Source: a virus | Taxonomy: Duplodnaviria > Caudoviricetes | Reading direction: 5' to 3' (one strand) | Length of the DNA stretch: 32,878 nt | Virus record (IMG/VR): IMGVR_UViG_3300033067_002092 | Span: 1-32,878 of that record | Part shown: positions 1-7,664 of the stretch, piece by piece | How the letters are laid out: each line of letters starts with the position of its first letter | Numbering within the stretch: position 1 is the first letter of the stretch | Notes under the pieces: model-generated | The model's database searches: none | What the model saw: only the letters and a program-made list of their open reading frames with translations | Told to the model about the DNA's origin: nothing | Program-made: the position numbers and the translations under genes

Positions 1-363
1 AACAAGATCGCGACGATCGTCGCCAAGTGGAGCGGGGAAGATGTGACCGCCGAGAAGGAGCTCGTCTCCTACCCGGATGACTTCGACACCCGTGGCCTCT
101 ACGACGAATTCGACATCGCCGCTCGACTCATGCTCATCAGCGCTCCGGACGCGGTTCGCCAAGAGCAGATGAAGTCGGTGCTGGACAAACTCTTTCCTCA
201 GTTGGCCAAAGAGCTTCGCGCCAAGATGGAGAAAGAGCTCAAGGGCTGGCCGGTTGACCCTGCCACGCTGACTGCCGACCCCAACAAGCCGGCACCTGGC
301 GTGAAGGAGGCCGCCAAGCCCGAATCGAATCAAGGAGCCGTTGGCTCCTCGAAGGGGGAATAA
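1..363 (+). CDS. Phage portal protein, C-terminal part (5'-truncated by the window)
   Basis: Frame is open from base 1 (NKIATIVAKWSGEDV...SYPDDFDTR...) to TAA at 361-363. It lies directly upstream of the scaffold and capsid genes, with a helical region followed by a disordered tail. Called mainly on synteny. Confidence 0.65.
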   Translation, partial: NKIATIVAKWSGEDVTAEKELVSYPDDFDTRGLYDEFDIAARLMLISAPDAVRQEQMKSVLDKLFPQLAKELRAKMEKELKGWPVDPATLTADPNKPAPGVKEAAKPESNQGAVGSSKGE

Positions 364-373
364 GCCCCCGCAG

Positions 374-426
374 CGCCGACAAGAGACTGTCGGCGTAAAC
401 ACAACTCAACGACCAAGAGAACGGTC
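374..426 (+). promoter_or_regulatory. Two tandem hairpins sharing CAAGAGA in the scaffold-gene leader
   Basis: CGCCGACA-agagac-TGTCGGCG (374-395) and GACC-aagagaac-GGTC (411-426), followed by the SD-like GGAAGG (428-433). No U-tract follows. Confidence 0.45.
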
Positions 427-441
427 TGGAAGGCAAAAACT

Positions 442-1332
442 ATGTTCGTGACTCGCAATGTTGCAATGAAATACCTGGCCCCCTTGAATGGAGATGGGGG
501 CGATGGCGGTGGTGGTGGCGGTGGCACCGGTGGTAGCGGTGATGGTGGCGATGACGCTGCCAAGGCGGCTGAAGCGGCTGCGGCTGCCAAGGCGGCTGAA
601 GAAGCTGCTGCCAAGAAAGCGGCCGAAGACGCTGCCGGCGGCAAGAACAAGCCAAGCGACGAGGAAGCTCGCCTGCTCAAAGAGAACAGGAAGAAGAAGG
701 ACGCGCTGGACAAAGCCAACGCCGAACTCAAGAAGACCCAGGACGCCTTGAAAGCGTTCGAGGGCATCGACCCCGAGGCCGTGCGCAAGCTGCTGGCCGA
801 CCAGAAGTCCGCTGAAGAAAAAGCGCTGGAAGCCAAAGGCGACTGGGATCGCTTGAAGGGCCGCATGGCCGAAGAGCACGGCAAGGAAGTCAAGACTCTG
901 CAAGAGCAGATCGCCGCGCTGACCGCCAAGCTGAACAACACCGAAGGCACGATCAAAGACCTGTCGATCGGCACGCAGTTCAGCCAGAGCAAGTTCATCG
1001 CCGAAGAGCTGACCCTGACACCAGCCAAGACCCGCGTGATCTACGGTGACTACTTCGATGTGGAAGACGGCAAGGTCGTGGGCTATGACAAGCCGCGCGG
1101 TGCAGCCGGCCGTACCGCCATCGTTGACCAGTACGGCAACGCCGTGGAGTTCGAGGGTGCGCTGCGCAAGATCATCGAGGCTGACCCCGAAAAGGATCAC
1201 CTGCTGAAAAGCAAGATGAAGCAGGGCGCGGGCTCGGATTCTCGCAAGCCCTCGGGCCAGACGAAGACCGATGCACCGGTGGACGGCATCTCGAAGATTG
1301 CCTCCGGATTGAAAGGCTTGAAGGTCATTTAA
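442..1332 (+). CDS. Capsid scaffolding protein
   Basis: 296 aa with a Gly-rich then Ala/Lys/Glu-rich N-terminus and a long coiled coil. C-terminal ..HLLKSKMKQGAGS..ISKIASGL. Lies between portal and major capsid. Confidence 0.8.
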   Translation: MFVTRNVAMKYLAPLNGDGGDGGGGGGGTGGSGDGGDDAAKAAEAAAAAKAAEEAAAKKAAEDAAGGKNKPSDEEARLLKENRKKKDALDKANAELKKTQDALKAFEGIDPEAVRKLLADQKSAEEKALEAKGDWDRLKGRMAEEHGKEVKTLQEQIAALTAKLNNTEGTIKDLSIGTQFSQSKFIAEELTLTPAKTRVIYGDYFDVEDGKVVGYDKPRGAAGRTAIVDQYGNAVEFEGALRKIIEADPEKDHLLKSKMKQGAGSDSRKPSGQTKTDAPVDGISKIASGLKGLKVI

Positions 1333-1336
1333 GTAA

Positions 1337-1400
1337 TAAGTCACCGATGACTTGCTTTTTTCCACAAAGTGTGGTAGAGTATTGCCTCATCGGTGACTTA
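1337..1400 (+). promoter_or_regulatory. Sigma70-like capsid promoter flanked by two inverted copies of the GTCA-N4-TGAC motif
   Basis: TTGCTT (1352-1357), 17 nt, TAGAGT (1375-1380) with extended TGn. TAAGTCACCGATGA (1337-1350) is the exact reverse complement of TCATCGGTGACTTA (1387-1400). Confidence 0.7.
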
Positions 1401-1453
1401 GAGCGACGTAAGGACCGAGGCATTGAACAAACCCCTCCTCGAAAGGAAATCAA

Positions 1454-2365
1454 ATGGCTCTCCTCCGCGCAGAAGCTGAGAAACTGAGTAACAACCAGCT
1501 CATCGCTGGCGTTATCGACCAGATCATCGAACGCGATGACCTGATGGCTATCATGCCCTTCCTGGGTGTGAACGGCAAGGCATACGTCTACAACCGTGAG
1601 AACACCCTGGGTGGTGCTGCATGGCTGGACCCCAATGAAGCGATCAGCGAAAGCGCTGCGACCTTCACTGAAGTGGTCGCCAAACTGCGCATCCTGGCTG
1701 GCGACGTGGACGTGGACAAGTTCCTGCAATCCACCATGGGCGACACCAACGACCAGATGGCCGTGCAAATCGCGAAGAAGGCCAAGGCCGTGTCTCGCGA
1801 ATTTCACCGCACCCTGGCTCGCGGCGACGCCACTGCCAACGCGAAAGAGTTCGACGGTCTGCCCGTCCTGGCTGCTGCCGCTGGCGCCACCCAAACCGTG
1901 TCTGCTGGCACGAACGGCAACGCTTTGACGTTGACCATGTTGGACGAGCTGGTTGACAGCGTGCCCAACGGTCCTGACGTGCTGGTGATGCGTCGTGGCA
2001 CCATCCGCGCCTTCCGCGCTCTGTTGCGCGCCACTTACGGCACTGACGCCGTGATGCAGCAGCTCGAGAACTTTGGCCGCCCCATGCTGACTCACAACGG
2101 CATTCCGGTCATCATGAACGAGTTCCTGGCCGGCGACGAAGACAAGGGCTCCGCCACTGACACCTGCTCGGTCTACGCTCTGCGTCTGAACGAGTTGGAC
2201 GGTCTGCACGGCCTGTACGGCGGCGACAACGCCGGTATCGTGGTCGAGAACATCGGCACGGTGCAGAACAAGGATGCCACCCGCATCCGCCTGAAGTGGT
2301 ACACCGGCTTGGCCCTCAAGTCGACCCGCTCCATCGGCCGTCTGCAAGGCGTGACCAACATCTAA
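1454..2365 (+). CDS. Major capsid protein (HK97 fold)
   Basis: 303 aa with SD AAAGGA and strong codon bias. Motifs YVYNRE, ILAGDVDVDKF and EFDGL. Follows the scaffold and is followed by a terminator. Confidence 0.92.
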   Translation: MALLRAEAEKLSNNQLIAGVIDQIIERDDLMAIMPFLGVNGKAYVYNRENTLGGAAWLDPNEAISESAATFTEVVAKLRILAGDVDVDKFLQSTMGDTNDQMAVQIAKKAKAVSREFHRTLARGDATANAKEFDGLPVLAAAAGATQTVSAGTNGNALTLTMLDELVDSVPNGPDVLVMRRGTIRAFRALLRATYGTDAVMQQLENFGRPMLTHNGIPVIMNEFLAGDEDKGSATDTCSVYALRLNELDGLHGLYGGDNAGIVVENIGTVQNKDATRIRLKWYTGLALKSTRSIGRLQGVTNI

Positions 2366-2371
2366 TCGATG

Positions 2372-2400
2372 TTGCGAGTCAGTCACAACTGACGTAGAAT
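2372..2400 (+). promoter_or_regulatory. Sigma70-like promoter with the GTCA-N4-TGAC motif in the spacer
   Basis: TTGCGA (2372-2377), 17 nt, TAGAAT (2395-2400). GTCA-caac-TGAC at 2382-2393. Confidence 0.7.
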
Positions 2401-2434
2401 AAGGGCGAGCTCAAAAGGCTCGCCTTTTTCTTTT
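2401..2434 (+). terminator. Rho-independent terminator after the capsid gene
   Basis: AAGGGCGAGC-tcaaaag-GCTCGCCTTT followed by TTCTTTT. Confidence 0.85.
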
Positions 2435-2450
2435 CCCTAAAGGAGTTCCC

Positions 2451-2792
2451 ATGAAAATTCGTATCATCCAGGTCGGCTTCGAGACCTTCACCGGCCTGCT
2501 GGGCGACGTTCACTTCCAAGACGGCGTGTCCGTGGCTGACGTGAGCGAGCAGCAAGCCGCCTACGTCCGCGCGATGTTCGTTACCGCGATCGAGGGCGAG
2601 ACCTCCGAGTCAAGCGGCCAAGGCGACCAAGCCTCTGAAGAGGCACGTCGGGCCGCTGAAGCTGCCGAAGCCGAGGCTGTGCGCCTGGCTGCCGAAGCCG
2701 AACGTGAGCGCGCCGAAGCCGAAGCTGCCGAAGCTGCCGCCGCTCAAGCTGCCGCCGTCGCTGCCGCTGCCGCCGAGCAGGTGTCCAAATGA
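2451..2792 (+). CDS. Hypothetical phage protein; N-terminal domain paralogous to the next gene, Ala/Glu-rich helical tail
   Basis: SD AAGGAG. N-terminus MKIRIIQVGFETFTGLLGDVHFQDGVS aligns by eye with the next ORF. ATGA overlap with the next gene. Confidence 0.75.
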   Translation: MKIRIIQVGFETFTGLLGDVHFQDGVSVADVSEQQAAYVRAMFVTAIEGETSESSGQGDQASEEARRAAEAAEAEAVRLAAEAERERAEAEAAEAAAAQAAAVAAAAAEQVSK

Positions 2793-3223
2793 AGTTGCGC
2801 CTGACTCAAGCCGGGTTTGAAACCTACACCGGCCAGATGGGCGTTGTGATGTTCAAGGACGGCCTGTCCGAGGGCGACGTGTTGCCGATCGATGCGATTC
2901 GCATCTCGGCTGCCATCGGCGCGGACTGGGAAGACGGTTCGCCCGCCAACGTAGGCGACATGTACCTCAATGCCATGGACGTTCCCGCCTTCGTGGGTGG
3001 CAGCACCCATGAGACGAGCGCACCGGTCGAACCGAAGGCGCAAGCTCAAGGCGATGCAGACACATCCGCCGGCACTCGCTACACCAAGGACGACCTGGCC
3101 AAGATCGCCGATGCCGACGGCATCGTGGGTCTTCGCGCCATTGCCGAAACCATCGGCGTCAAGGGCACCTCGATCGTTGGCCTGATCGAGGCGATCCTCA
3201 AGAAACAAGGCTCGACGGAGTAA
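2789..3223 (+). CDS. Hypothetical phage protein with a small C-terminal helical (HeH/Rho-N-like) domain
   Basis: 144 aa. The C-terminus YTKDDLAKIAD..GLRAIAETIGVKGTSIVGLIEAILKKQ resembles helix-extension-helix motifs often found in genes just after capsid genes. Confidence 0.65.
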   Translation: MKLRLTQAGFETYTGQMGVVMFKDGLSEGDVLPIDAIRISAAIGADWEDGSPANVGDMYLNAMDVPAFVGGSTHETSAPVEPKAQAQGDADTSAGTRYTKDDLAKIADADGIVGLRAIAETIGVKGTSIVGLIEAILKKQGSTE

Positions 3224-3226
3224 ATC

Positions 3227-4081
3227 ATGACGCTGGAAGTCTATCTGGGAAGCACCGAAGTGACGGTGACTGTCGATCTCGTGGACGAGATGGGCAACGT
3301 GCTGAACGTGAACTCGGTGGACTACCGCGTCGTCGATCAGAACAACGCCGAGCTGGTGGCCCGCACCGCTGTTGCAGGCTTCACCGCCGGCGACTCGCAG
3401 GCCGTCATCGTGGTGCCGCAGGCGTTCAACACCATGGCCGCCTCGAGCACCCGTGAGGTTCGCAGCGTGGAGCTCTTTTGCGCAACCGATGCCGGCACGC
3501 TGGGCTTCTCGCGCTCCTACGGGCTTGAGACCATCGATCCACTCAAGATCGCCACCAACACGTTCCAGAACTTCGCGATGGCACAGTTGACCGCGATGGA
3601 CATTCCCAACATCGACGCCTGGCACGCCGCATCCGAACAGCAGAAGGTGGCCGCACTCATCGACGCTCGGGAGCACATCGTCCAGTTGAACTTCAACCTG
3701 CTCAATTCCAACGTGAACTTTGGCCAGGACCAGTTGAACTACGTGCCCGAGGGCTCTTTCCAGTCGGCCTACGTGGCTCGCAACAGCCTCTTTCTCTTCA
3801 ACGGCAACCTGAACCTGCTGAACGAGACCCAGTTCAACCAGTTGCCCGAGCGCTTCAAAAAGGCGTTGCGCCAGGCCCAGGTGGTTGAGGCCAACGCCAT
3901 TCTGGGTGGCAACACCGATGATGTGAAGCGCGGAAGCGGCATCGTCGAAGAGACCATCGGCGAGTCGAGCGTGAAGTTCCGCACCGCAGGCGTGCCCCTG
4001 CGACTGCCAGTGTGTCGTCGGGCGCTTGGCTACGTGAGCTATTACGTCACTTTCGCCAAGAAGATCGGTCGGGGCGGCTGA
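3227..4081 (+). CDS. Putative head-tail adaptor protein
   Basis: 284 aa. The C-terminal half (W..ASEQQKVAALIDA; P.RFKKALRQAQVVEAN; GIVEETIGESSVKF) fits head-completion adaptors, as does its position. Confidence 0.65.
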   Translation: MTLEVYLGSTEVTVTVDLVDEMGNVLNVNSVDYRVVDQNNAELVARTAVAGFTAGDSQAVIVVPQAFNTMAASSTREVRSVELFCATDAGTLGFSRSYGLETIDPLKIATNTFQNFAMAQLTAMDIPNIDAWHAASEQQKVAALIDAREHIVQLNFNLLNSNVNFGQDQLNYVPEGSFQSAYVARNSLFLFNGNLNLLNETQFNQLPERFKKALRQAQVVEANAILGGNTDDVKRGSGIVEETIGESSVKFRTAGVPLRLPVCRRALGYVSYYVTFAKKIGRGG

Positions 4082-4755
4082 TGCAGTACGACGGCTTTGC
4101 GATTCGCCTGAAGTCGGAGTACGAGCTCTTCCTGTTCGCACTCTCGGGCCAGTACCTGTCGCAGGTGGCGCCGGGGGCTGAGGTGTCTCCGATGCACATC
4201 AATGCGTTCGAGCGCACCGCACTCGAGCTGCGCCAGACGTTCTTGAAGACAGCCACCCGCTCAATCGTCGAGGTGGTCTCAGGAGTGTCGGTGGACGCAG
4301 TCAAAGCGCTCTCGGACAACTTCGAGACCGAGCTCGCCCAGATCACGCGCCAGAACATTGATTCGCTCGTCACGCGCCTGAAAGGCATGAAGATCCAAGC
4401 ACTCGATGCGGTCGGCGAAGTCCACGGCGCGATGGGCCTGCTCTTGCAGCAAAAGCTCGCCACGCCCGAATTCACCGTGACGGCCGTATCGGGGCGCACC
4501 TTCAAGGCGGCTCCGTTCGTGAAGAGCCAGACCCGCCAGTTCGCCTACCAGACGTGGCTCTACGCCCAGATGGTCGCACTCTCATGGGAGGGCGACTTGG
4601 CCCAGGTGGTCTATGACGACCCTGGCCACGAGAACAACGGCCTCGTCTTCTCGATGTCGGGCGCCACACCTGGCTACCCGAGCTTCGATGAGATCGCCGG
4701 CACCATCTTTCACTACAACGCCACGGCGAAGATTGGCCCCCATGTTTCGTCCTAA
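4081..4755 (+). CDS. Hypothetical virion-associated protein (possible degenerate head-morphogenesis protein)
   Basis: ATG at 4081 overlaps the upstream TGA (TGATG) and is preferred over the ORF-track start at 4012. Ends ..IFHYNATAKI. Confidence 0.6.
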   Translation: MQYDGFAIRLKSEYELFLFALSGQYLSQVAPGAEVSPMHINAFERTALELRQTFLKTATRSIVEVVSGVSVDAVKALSDNFETELAQITRQNIDSLVTRLKGMKIQALDAVGEVHGAMGLLLQQKLATPEFTVTAVSGRTFKAAPFVKSQTRQFAYQTWLYAQMVALSWEGDLAQVVYDDPGHENNGLVFSMSGATPGYPSFDEIAGTIFHYNATAKIGPHVSS

Positions 4756-5086
4756 CCAAGTCTGCTTCATCCGCGTGGCGTCCGGCCGCACGGATGTCTA
4801 CGGCCAGCCGCTTGCCGCCACGAAGGTGCGCGAGCAGTGCGCGGTCGTGCGCCTCATCACCACCAACCAGCCAAGCTCCGTGCGAGCCGACAGCTCCGCC
4901 TCGCGCGGCGCCGCCAAGGAGCTCGTGAGCGACTCGCTGATCCTGCTCACGAAGACCACGGCCGCCAGCATCGACGACCTGATCGACATCGGTGGGGTGA
5001 CGCTGCGCATTCTCTCCAAGCACCCCCGCTACAACGTGGGCGGCAGCCTGGATCACTTTGAAATCACCGCCTCGATCTGGGACTGA
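4742..5086 (+). CDS. Putative head closure/stopper protein
   Basis: ATG at 4742 gives MFRPNQ..DVYGQP, a beta-rich 114-aa protein ending GSLDHFEIT. Position in the neck gene cluster. Confidence 0.65.
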   Translation: MFRPNQVCFIRVASGRTDVYGQPLAATKVREQCAVVRLITTNQPSSVRADSSASRGAAKELVSDSLILLTKTTAASIDDLIDIGGVTLRILSKHPRYNVGGSLDHFEITASIWD

Positions 5087-5088
5087 CC

Positions 5089-5490
5089 ATGGACCTGATG
5101 CCAATCGCCAACAAGCTGGAGTTCGAGGGTCTCGGCGTCCAGGGCAAGTCGCTATTCATCAACTTCATGCCGATGGAGTCCAAGACCGCGATCATGCTTC
5201 GCACGCCCCTTTCGGGCGTGGACATCGATCACGAGCTGCCTGGCTACTTCAAGACCCACTTCATTGCCGTGACCCGCGCACCAGAGTACGTCGCGGCACT
5301 CGACCTGATGAAAGCCGTGATGCTCACGCTCACCGCCTATGACCAGGACTTGGACTCGATCAACATCAAGTACATGCGCCCTGGCACGCTGCCCGTGTCG
5401 TTCCCGGTGTCCGAGGGCAACTTCTACGAGGTGCAGGTGCGCTTTGACATCGCCTACACCACGGGAGCACCTTATGGGTATGACGCTTGA
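5089..5490 (+). CDS. Putative tail terminator / tail completion protein
   Basis: 133 aa with GKSLFINFMP at the start and YEVQVRFDI near the end. Position in the neck cluster. Confidence 0.6.
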   Translation: MDLMPIANKLEFEGLGVQGKSLFINFMPMESKTAIMLRTPLSGVDIDHELPGYFKTHFIAVTRAPEYVAALDLMKAVMLTLTAYDQDLDSINIKYMRPGTLPVSFPVSEGNFYEVQVRFDIAYTTGAPYGYDA

Positions 5491-5941
5491 AGGCGCTGAC
5501 GAGCTGCGGGCCCTGTTGACCCAGGGCGGCGAGCGCGTCACCAAGGGCATCGTGGAGCAGATGCACAAGGAGGCCAAGGCGATCCAGAAGCTCGCCCAGC
5601 AGTACGCACCGCTCGACCATGGCAACCTCGAGAAGGCGATCAAGATCGCAGCGCTCGGGGGCGGCCGTGATGGGCGAGGGCGGTTCCAGCGCAAGTCCTT
5701 CGAGGTGTTTCTCGACATGAACGCCAGGGGCTACAAGGGCGAGGCGATCTCGACCTATGCCTACCGGATGCACGAGCTCTTGCTGCCCTACGGTGCGGGC
5801 GGATTCAACTTGGGCAAGAAATCGCGCGACAAGGATGCAGGGCGCGGCATCGTCGGCGGACGCTTTCTCGAGCGTGCCGTGGATGAAGTCTCCAAAGGCA
5901 TGATGAACCGGCTGATCCAGGTCGCGGCAAGTTACTACTGA
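5474..5941 (+). CDS. HK97 gp10-like neck/tail completion protein
   Basis: SD GGGAG then ATG at 5474. Contains the family-type motifs LEGADEL, AQQYAPLDHGNLEKAI, YAYRMHE and FLERAV. Confidence 0.75.
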   Translation: MGMTLEGADELRALLTQGGERVTKGIVEQMHKEAKAIQKLAQQYAPLDHGNLEKAIKIAALGGGRDGRGRFQRKSFEVFLDMNARGYKGEAISTYAYRMHELLLPYGAGGFNLGKKSRDKDAGRGIVGGRFLERAVDEVSKGMMNRLIQVAASYY

Positions 5942-5947
5942 AAACGC

Positions 5948-6009
5948 TGGACTTTTTGACGCATTTGTGTTAGAGTCCCGGCACGCGTGAATTCACTAAG
6001 TAGTGACTT
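5948..6009 (+). promoter_or_regulatory. Putative tail-tube promoter with a degenerate downstream motif copy
   Basis: TGGACT (5948-5953), 17 nt, TAGAGT (5971-5976) with extended TGn. CTAA-gtag-TGACTT (5996-6009) lies within the palindrome TCACTA-AG-TAGTGA. Confidence 0.5.
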
Positions 6010-6036
6010 CAAATCCCCTTTGCAAAGGAGCTTCCA

Positions 6037-6900
6037 ATGGCATCGAATACAAAAAACGTGAAACTTGGCGTCTGCCAGGTTCTTTTTGACGGCGTGGACT
6101 TGGGTTACACCCAAGGCGGCGTCGAAGTGACGGTGAAAACCGACACCCACAAGGTCAACGTCGATCAGTTCGGCAAGACCACCATCAACGAATACATCCT
6201 GGGCCGCGACGTGATGGCCAAGGTGCCGTTGGCTGAAACGACCCTGGAAAACTTGGTCGCCATCATGCCTGGCGCTACGCTCGTGACGACAGGTGGCACA
6301 GCCGCTACCGGCACGATCACCGTCACGACCAACCCGGTTGCCAACGACACGATCCTCGTGAACGGCGCTACCGTGACCTTCAAGACCGCGCTGACCGGCT
6401 CGGGCAACGAAGTGCTGATCGGCGCTGCCGCTACCAACACTGCGACCAACCTGGCCGCCGCGTTGAACGCCTCCACCGACCCGCTGATCGCTGCTGCGAC
6501 CTACTCGGTGGCCGGCGCCGTCGTGACCGCAACCTACGGTTCGCAACTGATTGGCCCCGTCAAAGGTGTCGAGGGCAACGCCTTCACGCTGGTGACTGGC
6601 ACCGCTGCCGCCAAGGTGACGATGTCCGGTGCAACCCTGACCGGTGGCGCTGAACCCACTGCCAAGTCCGTGAACGTCGCCACCGGCATCGGCACTGACC
6701 TCCTGAGCGTGGCCAAGGAACTGCGTCTGCACCCCTCCAACAAGGCTGCAAGCGACAAGTCCGAAGACTTCGTGATTCCGCTGGCCGCCACGTCCGGTGC
6801 CTTGAACTTCGCCTACAAGCTGGAGAACGAGCGCATCTTCAACGTGGAGTTCACCGGCTACCCCGACGCGACCAGCAAGCTGTTCACTGTGGGCGCATAA
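6037..6900 (+). CDS. Major tail tube protein with an internal inserted domain
   Basis: SD AAAGGAG. Motifs NVKLG..V.FDGVDLGYTQGGVEV, VDQFG, PLAETTLENL and ERIFNVEFTGYPD. Upstream of the chaperone and tape measure genes. Confidence 0.88.
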   Translation: MASNTKNVKLGVCQVLFDGVDLGYTQGGVEVTVKTDTHKVNVDQFGKTTINEYILGRDVMAKVPLAETTLENLVAIMPGATLVTTGGTAATGTITVTTNPVANDTILVNGATVTFKTALTGSGNEVLIGAAATNTATNLAAALNASTDPLIAAATYSVAGAVVTATYGSQLIGPVKGVEGNAFTLVTGTAAAKVTMSGATLTGGAEPTAKSVNVATGIGTDLLSVAKELRLHPSNKAASDKSEDFVIPLAATSGALNFAYKLENERIFNVEFTGYPDATSKLFTVGA

Positions 6901-6904
6901 GTCT

Positions 6905-6932
6905 TTCACAACTGACTGAAGTCGTATAGAAT
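6905..6932 (+). promoter_or_regulatory. Putative promoter with a motif copy over the -35 region
   Basis: TTCA-caac-TGACT (6905-6917) and TAGAAT (6927-6932). Confidence 0.55.
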
Positions 6933-6964
6933 AAGCCTCGCCTAGTGCGAGGCTTTTTCTTTTT
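6933..6964 (+). terminator. Rho-independent terminator after the tail tube gene
   Basis: AAGCCTCGC-ctagt-GCGAGGCTT followed by TTTCTTTTT. Confidence 0.88.
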
Positions 6965-6984
6965 ATACACCCGAAGGAGTAAAC

Positions 6985-7329
6985 ATGACCAAATTGCTGA
7001 ACCTGAACCAGTTGAGCGCCAAGGAAACGCGCGAGGTTCAAATCGGCGAGCAGACCTACGTGGTCAAGGAGATGTCAGTGGAAGACTTCATCGAAACGAC
7101 CCGCGTGGCCGAGGCGATGGAGAGCGAGACGAGCTATGCCAAGCAACTGTCGGCGACGATCGAGCTGATCCAGCGCTCGATTCCCACGATCCAGACTTCG
7201 GTCCTGCTGGGCCTGTCGCTGGAGCAGTTGAAGGGCCTGGCAGCCTTCACCCGAGGCGAAAGCCCCGAGGCAATCGTCGGCGCCCATGAAGCGCAAGACG
7301 CTGGCCAGGCTGAAGCGGGAAACGTCTAA
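6985..7329 (+). CDS. Tail assembly chaperone (lambda gpG analogue)
   Basis: SD AAGGAG, 114 aa, between tube and tape measure. Ends at a slippery site. Confidence 0.85.
   Translation: MTKLLNLNQLSAKETREVQIGEQTYVVKEMSVEDFIETTRVAEAMESETSYAKQLSATIELIQRSIPTIQTSVLLGLSLEQLKGLAAFTRGESPEAIVGAHEAQDAGQAEAGNV
7317..7323 (+). other. Programmed -1 ribosomal frameshift site G GGA AAC
   Basis: X XXY YYZ heptamer in phase with the gpG frame just before its stop codon. The -1 frame (GGG AAA CGT CTA AAG GGC TTG CCC..) is open to 7652. Confidence 0.85.
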
Positions 7330-7652
7330 AGGGCTTGCCCGAACGCGAGATCGATTTCGGTTTCGTGTTCTGTGAGGTGAGCCACTTCTATGCGATGCCG
7401 TACAAGGACTTGATGGCGATCCCCATCAAGACCTTCTGGCTGATGAGCGGCAACATTCGCCGCATCCGCGCAGGCGACGATCTTCGTCACTTGCTGACCG
7501 CATCGGCCGCCCAGAGCGCCGACGGCGTCAAGGAGTATCACGAACGGTTGGTTATCGAGATGGGAGATGTGATGAAAGAGCCCTCGGTGGCAGATGCAGA
7601 GCGCGATGAGGTCGGCTTTGCAGAGCTGCGACAGATGGCAGCGGCAATGTAA
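7317..7652 (+). CDS. Frameshift-accessed C-terminal part of the tail chaperone (gpT analogue; full gpGT 6985-7652)
   Basis: Open -1 frame lacking a good independent start (ORF track uses TTG at 7335). Sequence ..FYAMPYKDLMAIPIKTFW.. is typical of gpT-like segments. Confidence 0.8.
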   Translation, partial: GKRLKGLPEREIDFGFVFCEVSHFYAMPYKDLMAIPIKTFWLMSGNIRRIRAGDDLRHLLTASAAQSADGVKEYHERLVIEMGDVMKEPSVADAERDEVGFAELRQMAAAM

Positions 7653-7664
7653 AGGAAGCAAAAA

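Noticed and set aside
490-640. GGT/GGC and GCT/GCC-rich repeats in the scaffold gene (similarly 2640-2775)
   Set aside because: Ordinary low-complexity Gly and Ala/Glu/Lys coding tracts, not a DNA repeat element.
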